From NCBI GenBank assembly GCA_028023455.1, contig JAQFVV010000005.1:1054001-1118000 (forward strand): a stretch of 64,000 bases of DNA. The letters run 5' to 3'. Shown in pieces: positions 25,393 through 37,809 of this stretch. The DNA is from Epiperipatus broadwayi. Its lineage: Eukaryota; Animalia; Onychophora. The notes under the pieces were generated by a model, which saw only the letters and a program-made list of their open reading frames with translations, made no database searches and had not been told where the DNA came from. Position 1 is the stretch's first letter, and every line of letters begins with the position of its first letter. A program made the position numbers and the translations under genes.

Positions 25393-25785
25393 TTTGAAAG
25401 GTCAACTTTCCCATAATTCCGTGATCTTAACATTTGCTGCCTACCTATTGATTAAGTATATTGATTATATATGTATATACAAATCATTATTAGGAACTGC
25501 TTAAAAATGACTATGAACATTCTAATCCCAAAAGAAAAAAAAAATAAAGGATCAAAGACAAAAGCAATGATTTTACAAAAGAATCCATGAACTGCAAATA
25601 TATTTTCGTATATTGGTTCTTCAGTCTGTTTATATGTCTTTTTATAATGCCATCTTTTAATGTTTTTTGCAGCAAACTTCACTTTTCAAAAATTTCTACG
25701 CATTGTCTAATCATAGTTCACCATTATGTTATATTGTCAGCCCTATTCTTCCACTAAAAACAATCAATATTATATCTCTTTAGAG

Positions 25786-26536
25786 CAGTGGTCTTCAACC
25801 CTTGGTCTGTGGACCGGTGCAGGGCCGCAGAAGTTTTCTGTCTCCGCAGTAGACTTGCAGGAAAGTTTGTAATAACAAAATAATAAGAGTTTAAACTTTT
25901 TCTTAATATAAACAATTTTTATTTATTTTTTCATCTCATTTTTACCCAATTAAAGAAAAAGAAACAGAACGAAAAAAAAATCTAATCAATCATACATAAA
26001 TTAGTTTGTTTTCTAATTATCATAGATGTTTATTGGGGGGGGGGTTTAAATTTTTTATTATTTTTCTAAAAAAAAAGTTTTTTTATTATACAAACTCCAT
26101 ATATATATATATAACTTCATCTTGTATATTTAACATTAAATACAGATATTACATTTATCATAATCATTGTCATATAAATACACTAGCTGTGATATTTCCC
26201 AACATTCAGGTGAATAACATTTTATTCTTGCATGTTTTAACAATGAAATAATAAACACAGCAATGCAGGCACATTAATGAGAACGATTGTTATTGTACCG
26301 TTTTCTGTAGCAGTATGACTGCGTAATTCGAGAAAGAGTGTTCGACATGTGAAGGTAAGCAACACCATTACTATACACAGTAACTAGTGTGCTGTTTGGT
26401 CAGTTATAACAATTTTGCTCATCTAAGGCCAAGCAGTTTACATCTTTAAGAAAATTTATCTATAGACTTCTGCCGATCCGCAAAACTTATCCTTATTTTT
26501 GCTGATCTGCAGATGTGAAAAGGTTGAAGACCACTG
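25786..26536. mobile_element. hAT (Charlie-like) non-autonomous DNA transposon
   Basis: Perfect 15-bp TIR CAGTGGTCTTCAACC / GGTTGAAGACCACTG, with an 8-bp TSD ctttagag (25778-25785) / gtttagag (26537-26544). Confidence 0.9.
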
Positions 26537-26705
26537 GTTTAGAGCATCTTTGAATTAAATTTTACAGCAAATAGAGTTTGCCTCTTTTTCAAGAATCATA
26601 CTTAAATTCATTATGAAATGTTTTTAAAGGGAGTTTGCTATATATTCATTTTATATGCTCAATCCAACAGATATGTTCTTATTATTGAACACAATGTAGT
26701 CTTAA

Positions 26706-27193
26706 TGAAAAGGTGACTGGTTCTTTTTCCAAATTACCAGCAGTCCCATTTCTGAATCATCACATGTATTATGTAGAGACTAGTTTAACTATTTACCACA
26801 AGAATTTTAAGATTCTAGCATATTTGGATCATGAGTTATGACATGAAATGTGTCTGTGTTTCATACTAACCCTGCCATCATTCAATCTTGTAAACCACTT
26901 GAAAATATTCATGCAACTTGTGACTTTGCTGCTGTATTCAGTATGGATTATTTCAAAGGTTTCAGCAGAGTTCTGCCCAATTCAAAACAAAATTTAATGT
27001 TAATGCCTTATTCCATTGAGGGTTAAAGTATGAAGTACATTATCATTCATCATGTTATAACTCTGGATCCGGATACATTAGTACCTTAATATTTTTGTTG
27101 TGAATAGCTAATCTATATTGCTTTGTAATATATATGCTTTGATTCAGAAATGGTGTTGCAGGCAACTTGGAGAGAGAACCAGTCACCTTTTCA
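26706..27193. repeat. perfect 19-bp inverted repeat pair (possible MITE ends)
   Basis: tgaaaaggtgactggttct (26706-26724) and agaaccagtcaccttttca (27175-27193). No TSD found. Confidence 0.5.
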
Positions 27194-30100
27194 CTGGGAC
27201 ATGTGAAGTATCAACACATCAAGCAAATCAAATAGTGCACTGATTAATTTTTTGATCCTGCTTCTGAACATCCTTAAGTGAAACTTTTCAATGCCTTTAT
27301 GTCGGGAATTCTTTTATTAGTTCAATCCAATAAATTAGAAAAAAAATAAGGCTGCTATTTTAAATAAATTTAGTTGAAGTAATTATATCATCATAATAAA
27401 TTTCATCTACTTTTTTAATGTTTTATGCATTGGCAGTGCTTGGGAATCTGTGTTGTACTCATGTGTTTTTATTTAAAAAGCTGCAGAGATATTTAAATAG
27501 ATTTATATTCATAGTCTGATAACTGCCCAGCTAAAATTTACTGAAGGTTTTTATTTTCATTTCTGGAAGATAAAGCATTTGAGGTTTTTTTAAAACATTA
27601 TTTACTAAACCAAATTTTTATAGTTGAATTCAAAACATTTTATAAGGAATATCAAATATAGTAATTCTTTAAAAAAGAGAATACATGAACGTAAAATGTT
27701 GTATGGTAGAAAACAATTTTTTTGCCGAACATGCTGCGAATGACTATAAAAGATTTCTAATGTGAAAATTATTTAAGAAGAAAAATTAAAGTTGCTTAGT
27801 TTACAAGTATGTTGGATAATTCAATGAATAAAAAATTAAACTGTAAATAAAGACACTTTATGGAAAGTTGTATGAAGTCATGTATAAATGATGTCACTTG
27901 TCTATAAGTGAGAATTAAAAGTTTTTATTTGTAAAAATGGAATATATATGATATTGGAATAGCAGACATGTCATGATCTGGATTTGAATTAATGTTTATT
28001 TATATGATTAACACTGATATAATAAATTTAATGTCCAACACGATACAGTGGTAGTGACAATCTCTGGAGCATATGTGGCTTAATATTAATTTCACTTCTG
28101 ATATCTATCGTATGAACTCCTGGGCAGTAAGCCATTTGATTATTTAATGAATTAGATATTTATTTAAGCTTTGTCTTACTATATTGTAACCGGTTGGGTT
28201 ACATGACACACAACAACATAGTTGTGTGTGTGCACATATATATATATATATATATGGAAAGGAAAGGTAGAAATAAACACAGACATAAATTTTTGTAAAT
28301 ATTTTTCTACATTCATTGGGAATAATAACTGTAAAAATAACTGAATTTAAAACAGAATTTTATTATAAATTAAAACATTAAAAAAAGGTCTAAATAAATT
28401 AATTTTGTATTCTGATTTTGAATTTAAAAACAAGCATGTTTCTGATAATTGTAAAAATATCTATTATCTATTTTTGAAATCTTTTAATTAATGCTTGTGT
28501 ACAAAATCTAAGTAAAAATATGTAGATGACTCTTTAGTAGAAATCTAAAAGTAGCTTTTGATTAAACATTGTTTTTAATCAAGATAAAGGATTAGACAGA
28601 ACAAAACTTTTCAGTTAAGGACTTATAAAAAGGATTGATAAAAATATCAGTTCAGTTTGGCTAGAAAATTTTTTGTGAAGATTAGCTGTATCAGAAGTAG
28701 TTGGCTAGCAGAGTTAGTGTTGGAGAGTTATACAGAGCTCCTATGAAGATGTAGCTGAAGTCAAGACCGGAGACAGCTGCTGCTGATTCACTGTGGGAGT
28801 TTAGATGCACATAGAAGGAAGACCCATTTCTCTGTCTCTATAGCCTTAAATGTGGGTAAGACAGTTTGCTGACCTGAGGTCTATGTCAACCATACCTGAA
28901 GTTCAATCCAAGACAGCTACTTGCCTAGAATAATCCTGGATAGAAAGGAACTGATTGAATGCTAACATACCTGATTATGTCTTTTCTGATGGTGACAATG
29001 ATCTGGATTATACATTTCCAGCAAGCTCACCAAGAGAAATCATGAATTGATGAAGTCCATATACATATGCTGCTGTTTATCTATACACGCAAGGAATCAC
29101 AGATAAACACATCGCGTCACACATACGTAATGTGAGCTATTTTAATATTCCTTAAACTGACATTTGAAAATATAACTTAAAATGCAAGTAATACTTTGCT
29201 TGAATTAAAAATTTTAAAGTGATAAATATATATAGAATAATATAATTTGGGATTGTTTGGGATCTGCATTTAAAAAAGAAAGGTAGCGCAAGTAAATAAT
29301 TCAATCAGTATAATTTTGCTTGGATTAAAAAAAAAAAAATCAAAAGTAAAGAAAGACGATTCTTAAAGACTAATTAATCAGTCATGGAGGATTTAATTTT
29401 TATCAATGGTCAAGCAGTCAGTGTTATTTTAGAAAAAATTAAATAATATAATTCATATTTTTTATATATATACTTTTAATATTGAATTTAATTGTGAAAA
29501 TGTACATCTTAATCATATTATCGTGATAAATAAAGCCAATGTGCACGTACATCAAAATTAATAATTTTATTGTGACAAAAATGAAAGATATGATGCAGAC
29601 GTTAGTGTAGGCCTGCAATTCAGTACGTACAAACATGTATGTTAAATATGAATATGTATAAAACTAAATTTCGTTGATAGATTATGACAATTCAAATATT
29701 TTATATTAAATAATAAATTGTACTGCATGGCGAAGATATGTATAACTTGGTACGGGGTAATGATAATCATTATTCTATTTTAAGTGTCAATTGAAATATA
29801 TTCATGTAATAGTAAAATGCATGTCTGTGTGTCTATATGGAACATATATGTAAATCATAATGTAATAACTTGAATTTTGTATATCACAATGTAATAATGT
29901 ATATCAGAAGTAACTTCATTTTTTTTATTGTTATTAATAAGCTTGTATTCAATTGTTGAAATTATTCCAGTAACTTAATTCTAAATGGTTTTTAGTTCAT
30001 ATTATGTATTGCATCATCATCTTGATCACTGACAGAATAAAGCTTGTTCTCTGAGCTAGATTCGAGCATAATGGTCTGATATATAAATGGGGTTGTATTT

Positions 30101-30300
30101 AGTGCTTATGAGGCATCCAATATGATTGATATATCCTGATTGGCACATAAGATTGTATTCTTTAAAGACTCTGCACTATATTTTATTTTAATTTAATCTC
30201 TATTAGAATTTAAGTTTATAGTTGGCCAGTACATTAAAGATACTAAGTAGCCAGAGCATTAATGATGATTAGCATGTTTTAATATTCCAGCATTATTGTT

Positions 30301-30667
<367 letters not shown>

Positions 30668-32272
30668 TATTTTTATGCATGAGCATTTAGTTGGTGCATC
30701 CAAATTATGTTTAAATAATTGCCCAAGCTGGCAAAGGCGCAATAGCGAGCCTGGTCTACAGTAGACCCATTTCCAATCCATCCACAAGATGGACTATTGA
30801 TTTATTTTGATGATGACATTCCCATCAATGATGATAATGGATTATTTTTTTTTTTGAGGATTACTAGTACTTACTTATACTTATTGATAATGCTGGTTGA
30901 TGTATGATTAATTATACTTTTAGTTGCTTTAAAGAGTTAACTGGCTGATCTCTCAATGAGATCTTATGATCCCATGCTTTATGATGTGTAACATTGCTTA
31001 TATTTTTTGTGATATTCTTACTTCATATCATTTATTATATATTTTTGGATATTAACATTACTTAATTTCTTTATACTTTAATATCTTGAATAGAATACTT
31101 AATAAATATCTATTTACTTGGTGGTGATGATTTGCCATCACCCCACCTCAACCTTATCTACCCATCCTATAATAATATATATGTTCAAAAAATGGCATTT
31201 GTTTTGATCCAATGGTAATTGTAGTGAATGTGTTATGATTCTAGAAATGTTAAAATTTATTTATGGCTTGAATGAATGTTTTTCATAGTGTTTTATTATA
31301 TATCATGAAATATTAATTTTATATTAATATTCTTCTTATTATCCTAATGTAATAAATTGAGCTGAGGTATCTAATAATAAAACAGTCTTTAAATGGTCTA
31401 TTGTAAGACAAGATTTTTAGATGAGCAATGAAGAAAATGACATTATTTGCCAGGTTTACCAGTTACTGAGAATGAGCTTTTGAGTGGTTTTGTATTCTTG
31501 TTTTACTCTCTAGTTGGGAGTATTAGATAACTATTAATCAACTAACGTGTAGTTGGATTAGAAATGGTCCTACTACTTGAAGAACTTTAACCTCAAAAAA
31601 AATTTTAACATCTAGATTTGAACCCAAGTTATAGGCTTGACTTGCATTGTAAGGCTTTTTTGCCTATGTTATATATTTCACTATTACCACAAAGGCTGAT
31701 TCTACTCATGAATTTTCAGTGTCTTTTACTTTAAACTTTAAACACATAATTATTTCCTTCTTTTAATTCATTAATCAACTTTTTTTTAAACCTTCTATAG
31801 ATTCTTCCAACATCTTCATAATTCACCTAATTTTTTTCCTGTATAATTTGCTCAAATAACTTTTTTTTTTGTTTCTTCATCATTGTTTATAACATTGCAG
31901 ATATCCTTTCACCTTATGCTTTCTATTTTCTCCAATTTTACAACTTATTATCCTCTAATTTTTTAATTCTGTTTTGAAATCCATTAATTGTATTCTTAAT
32001 ATAAACCAGACTGCAGACAAGGCTTTTTTAAATTCCAACTTTAATACACTACAAAATGTCTTCCATTTTCTTAAAAGTGTGGTTAGCCATTTCATTTTTT
32101 TTTTTTAGAAATATACAGTATGTCCCAACGAAAAGTTGACTAGTGACTGGATCTCCAAATATAGGGATATTTCTGAATTAATGCATATGCTATATAATGG
32201 GATAGCTATTCACCACAAAAATGTTAAGGTATTACCATTTCTGGATAATGAGTTACATTATGAGATGTAACA

Positions 32273-32676
32273 ATAGCAAACTCCCCTTACAGTAGTGCCA
32301 CTCAGTGCAAGCCTTAGTAATCATTGTATGCAAGAATGTATGTGCATGAAATCCTATCTAGTGCCTACTAATACTATATCCCCAGATTAGTTTCTAGCTT
32401 GACGCTTTCATCAATGAGGAGCCTTGGGATCTATGCAACTTTGCAGATCTAGGTGCAGTGCTTTCAGATTCAAGGCTTTTCACTGAAGAAAGCCACAAGC
32501 TGTAAACTAGTCTGGGGATATTGGATGAATAGGCACTAGATAGGGATTTTATGCACGTGCCTTCTTGCATCCATTTGATTACTAAGACTTGTACTGGGTA
32601 GCACGACTGTATGAAGAAATTGCTTACTGTTATTACCAGCTTATATAAGCATAAAAAACGGTGATCATGTGATGTA
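32273..32676. mobile_element. foldback family A copy 4 with two divergent hammerhead motifs
   Basis: Antisense core at 32385-32414 (UUGAUGA A AGC gucaa GCU A GAA ACUAAU C) and sense core at 32483-32512 (CUGAAGA A AGC cacaa GCU G UAA ACUAGU C). Possible TSD agatgtaaca (32263-32272) / agatgtgaca (32677-32686). Confidence 0.85.
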
Positions 32677-34494
32677 AGATGTGACAGAGTATTTCATTTC
32701 TTAATCCATGATGGAACATTGTGATAATCTTACTTACCACAGTAAGGTTGAAATGACTTAAATATATATATATATAGCAATGGAGCCATGAGTTACAAGA
32801 AAGCTTTCAAGTAGTTTGCAAGGTTTTGTGCTGGGAAGAACATTGAAGACAATCTACAAAGAAAAGCATGAAACATATTGCCACGTTTCATGTCATAACT
32901 TGTGATCTAGTCATACTAGTGTCTTAAAATTGTGCGGTGAATAGCTAAACTATGTTGCTGTGTAACATATGTATTATTTTAGAGATAATAGTAAGATAGC
33001 TTAGAGAGGAACTACTCATTATTTTATAGGGGCCGTTGTATATATATATTTGTAAATAAGGTGAAAAATAGTCATTAAGTAGACCAAGCCTGTTCCAGTA
33101 GCCGTCTGCCAAGAAAGTGAAGGACGAGACTACTTATCAGACTAACCAAATACTTAGTAGTGAGGATTTACTGCCTTCATTGTTTATTCTCCAGTTACTT
33201 ATTTGGTGATAATTATAGGGATAGCTAGCAAGGTTGATTACAAGCAGATTTCTGAAAGAGAAATCTTTCTAACTTGATTAAATTTTTTTCCTTCTTAATT
33301 TTCACCCTGATTTAAATTATGGATCTTGGACATGATAGGCAGATGTGGTAATACGTATATAATGAAGACCTTAAACAAAAATATGTGCAGAATTTTTACA
33401 AAAGATTTAACCTATTTTTCAAAAATCTTTCAAATGTTATATTGCACATATAGTTAATAAAGCTAGGGAAAGGAATAAGAAAATATTTGAATTTTACAGA
33501 ATTATAGTATGACATATCCAGTGCCTATCATTGCAATAATATAATTCAGCATAGTCCTATCAGTGACGGCAATGGCTTTGTTTATTCACATACTCAGGTC
33601 ATTCAGATTGTGTAGTAAAGACAGTTATATTTATTCTTTGCTCAAAGGCAAGATGAATTAGTGCAACATTTTGTCTAAGCAATAGTACTTAATTTGTCTT
33701 TGGCAATATTTCCCCCTTGTTTTGTATTTCCTTAACTTGGTTTGTTTTAGAATTTTTATATATATCACTTATTAATGAGCTCTGTACATCATTAAAATAT
33801 ATGGTAAGAGTAGGCAAACATGAAATTATGTATCACATCCTACAAGAAGGACAGATGTTGTCAGATCTACTGAACAGAAAGACTATCGTAAAAATTGTTA
33901 ATCTGCTTCTATATATGCTCTCTCCAACCCTGTTCCGACTGTTAGATATTATTGTATTTGATAATGTAAAGAGAAAGGGTGCCATCCTGTTTAAAAATAA
34001 ACTTATCATTAACTTTGGCTTAGCATCCCAAGTTTATAACAATTTTTTTAATTTTTATGATTTGTGAAAAGAACAGAAAAATTAATTGGTAAATTTTTAT
34101 TTGCTTGGAAGATGATGTATCGATTTAATAGACAGAATTTATTGTAAATGTATTTTCCAATAAATATTAAAGTTAATGGTTATTATTTAATATTTTATGT
34201 TTAATATTTAACATTTTTCAGAAATATATGAATGTTATAAAGATATATAATGACTAGCTTTTGAGTATATTGTTGAATTATTATTACATATGTTTTTAAT
34301 CTGGAAAAAATTGTTAATCTGCAAAAGTTGGGAATCCAAAGATTATCAAAGTTCAGTTTTAATTGTTAACATAATTATCTTCATCATTAAGGCAATGTCA
34401 CATTGATGCATCAACTTTTTGAAACATTTGATATCGATTATAGGATGACTGTTTTATGATTACTCAAAATGTTTGTCCATCAAACATCAGGTAC

Positions 34495-34670
34495 TGTACA
34501 CACCACCCATCACTACTATCCATCAAATCATTTAGCAATGTCTTTGGACCAGTGGTCAAAGGTATGTGAATGCTGGCAGCTTTTGCCATGAAAATGCCTA
34601 AACTGAATCGCTTAGAGGAAGTAAAAGTCGTAACAAGGCTTCCATGAGTGTACCTGTGGAAAGATCATTA
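34495..34670 (+). pseudogene. degenerate 18S rRNA 3'-terminal fragment
   Basis: tgtacacaccacccatcactacta and cttagaggaagtaaaagtcgtaacaagg...cctgtggaaagatcatta match the universal 18S 3' end (TGTACACACCGCCCGTCGCTACTA ... TTTAGAGGAAGTAAAAGTCGTAACAAGG ... CCTGCGGAAGGATCATTA) with CpG-type decay. Confidence 0.9.
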
Positions 34671-36564
34671 CACATAAAAACGTTAGGACCAAATTGAACA
34701 CCCAATGCCAAACGTGCATCTCTTTACGCTGTAAATTCTGGTTTTATATAATCATTAAGTATTAAGCAATTATGCAAATTTCAATTAGAATATTGACAAC
34801 TTTCTTTTACATAAAGTTTGACGATTTGGAATGATGGCATTGCATTTGTAGTTATATATCAAATTATTTTCATCACCATATTTAATTGTTTACATGAGCT
34901 TAGAAAAATTCAGATTTTACTCTTTTCTAGATATATTTAATTATCAGTAATAACAAACATATTAGTATAGGAAACAATGGTTTAAGTGATATTATTCTAA
35001 TCTCTTCTTCAGGTGTTGCTGATCTGGTTTGACTAACAACAATCTAGCATGAGAATTGTACCAATGGCATTTAGATTTATGAATATTTAATATAAGATGC
35101 TGCTATTAGCTACTAGGTTATTTTGCCAAAGGTATCAGCAGAAATTTTGTATGCTTATCTAATTCTGATATTTCCATTTTTTTTTTGTTGAGGGCAAGGT
35201 AAATGAGTGATTTCTAAATATTATGGATTATGAAGGTTATTTGCACTATATTAGCAGGTTTTTATGTTTTTTTTTCTTTTACTCTTTCTTTCTACTCACA
35301 ATTTTTGTGTTTCCCCAATTGAACACATGTTGTTTAATACAGACATGGGAAAATAGAAAAATAAATCAGTAATTAGAAATGAAATCATTTGTGGTTATAA
35401 AATACTAGACCATGCATATCCCAATAAATATATGTTCAATGGGGAAACAAAAGAATGTTGGGATTTTTAAAAAATGCAAAAAGAAGGAAATTTAAAGAAA
35501 CTGCTCACATGACAATAGAAAATAACCCCATGTGATAACTCATAATTTTTGAAAACTACATATTAATTTTGCCTTAAAAAGAAAAAAAGTGGAGAAATCA
35601 GAATTTATAGATAAGTAAATAAAAATTTCTATTGTCTATTATATGTAAAATAGCCTAACTAGTTAGAAACTCACCTTAAATACAATATTCTCAATCCAAA
35701 GATCACCCATTCAATGTTACCTGTCATTGGGCAAGCCAGCAAGGTATATTCCATATTTACATGTGTTAGTAATAGCATTTGAATATACTTGGAAAATTAT
35801 CAAGTTTGAATCTTTAATAAGACATTTAACATTTCAACTATTTGAGGGAAATAATCATTCATATAACTACAACCATCATCCAATTGCTTTAATAAATCTA
35901 GATGTTGACAGTCTATCATGTCTGATGATCTTGCCAGTATGTTTGGTCACACATATATGTTCTTGATTGTTTTATCTGTCTTCCATATAGCATTTAACAA
36001 TGTTTTTTTTTTTTAATGGCCTTTTTTAAAAATTGATCAGTTTTGAAGTTTCCTTTATTATTTTGAATAATTTAAATTAATAACACTTTAGATAAAATTA
36101 GATGACCTTAAATCTTTTCTCTTTTTATTATTGCTGCAAATTTAATAAAATAAAAAATAAACTCATTTTTTAAAACTAATTTTTATTATTGACTTGAGCA
36201 TGTCTTTATTTAATGTTCAAAATATTTGAAATGTTGCATCGTCTATGAGAACAAATGCTATTTTCTTATTGATTATTACAAATCAATGTTTTAATTTTAC
36301 GTGCTTTAATAACTAACATTTTACTTATTAAGCATTAGTTTTTTTTGAGAAAGATTGATGGTGCTGTCCTCTTGTGAAAATCTAGGAACTATTGTTTAAG
36401 AGATAATTTGAATTTTTATTTAACTGCTAAGTTATTTTACTGTAAGGATGAAAAAACAGAGATTTTTTTTTAAAAAATTAAACTTAATTTTTTTTCCTAA
36501 ATTATTTTACACATTGTTATTTATTTGTAAAACTAAAGTACCATATATATATAAGGGATTTGGG

Positions 36565-36850
36565 ATTTTAAACTCCCTACAGCCATCCAATCCCTTCCTA
36601 TACAACTAATACATATGACCACATACGTGTGAAAAAGATAAATGATCTCCAGTATTCGTATTTCACGCTGAAACAGCACTCATCAGTTCATCCAATCACC
36701 ATCTCTCACATGTATATACAATCAGACCAACTGACGATTGCTGGTCCAGCATGAAATATGTATATTGGAGATCATTTATCTTTTTCACATGTTTGGTCAT
36801 GTGTATTGATTGTGTAGAATGGATTGGATGGCTGTAGGGAATTTGAAAAT
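36565..36850. mobile_element. family B-related palindrome with two divergent hammerhead motifs
   Basis: The arms 36565-36689 and 36729-36850 are inverted. Minus core at 36653-36686, plus core at 36731-36764. Confidence 0.85.
36721..36773 (+). ncRNA. type I hammerhead ribozyme motif (family B)
   Basis: AUC aga CCAA CUGACGA U UGCUG guc CAGCA U GAA AUAUGUAU A(36764) UUGG a GAU. Confidence 0.72.
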
Positions 36851-36909
36851 TTGAGTTCAAGTTCTTTATAATTACATTAATTTTAGTAATTAAATTTGTT
36901 AAGCGCATA

Positions 36910-37133
36910 CTGAAAAACGATAGTAGGGACCTCTACAAATCTTAACATAAGATCTCAACACTGACTCGTTGTAAATCGAAAGATTTCGCGAATGTTAGTG
37001 TATAATAATTGTGGACTTAATCAGTGAGCTATTTAATGGCCTTACGATTTCAAATCAAAATGCTTTAGATTCTCCTATATAATTAAAAATAAATCTTGTG
37101 TTAAGATTTGTAGAGGTCCCTATTGTTTTTCAG
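36910..37133. mobile_element. family C-related inverted-repeat element
   Basis: About 44-bp arms ctgaaaaacgatagtagggacctctacaaatcttaacataagat (36910-36953) / 37093-37133. Shares gatagtagggacctctaca with family C. Confidence 0.7.
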
Positions 37134-37587
37134 GCGCATGGTCTTAAGATTTAGTTTAGTATAGAAAATATACGTGTATTTAAATATATATATATATCTG
37201 TTCTAACATACTAATAAAACACTATTTTAGTTATTATACAGAAATTGTTCCATATTAAAAATGGTCTTTCACCGAAAATAATATATATTATATGGAGTGT
37301 GTTATTTTGTTTGAGAATTTTATTCTAAAACATCCCATATATTGTAAATATAATATAAATAATTGACCTATGAATATCTCTCACGTTGAGGGTAGGCAGC
37401 ATGATTGCATGAAGGCATTAAATGCCCACAAGGCGGTTTTAAAATGCCACTTGCCAACTGGCAGATTAAAGTTAGCAGAAAGTGATGTTCAGTTTTTCAA
37501 AGTAAATACACTGCCCCCCCCTCTTCCATTGGCTTGACACTTGGTTGTTTTTTATTTTTATTATGTATATTTACATTTAAAGTATTT

Positions 37588-37809
37588 AATTATAAATTTA
37601 TTTAAACGCACATTGATTACTTAAATAATATTCATTAAGGCTGTAGCCTCAAGCACATGCATATAAAATGATGCGATAGTAGGGACCTCTACAGGTCTTA
37701 AAACCACAAGCTTCTTCCAATGAGTAAGCTTGTGGTTTTAAGACCTGTAGAGGTCCCTACTATCGCATTTTATACGCATGTGCTTGAGGCTACAGCCTTA
37801 ATGAATATT
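37588..37809. mobile_element. foldback family C copy 2: near-perfect ~90-bp hairpin plus tail, perfect 13-bp TSD
   Basis: Arms 37621-37713 / 37726-37815 with a 12-nt loop. atttaaagtattt occurs at 37575-37587 and 37810-37822. Confidence 0.88.

Noticed and set aside
28185-29121. Solo LTR (TG...CA, higher GC)
   Set aside because: No TSD, PBS/PPT or second copy was found.
37009-37029. 19/21 match (minus strand) to the first A5 hammerhead 5' half
   Set aside because: The matched A5 sequence is a rearrangement junction rather than the family consensus, and no stem II, GAAA or stem III follows. It is likely chance.
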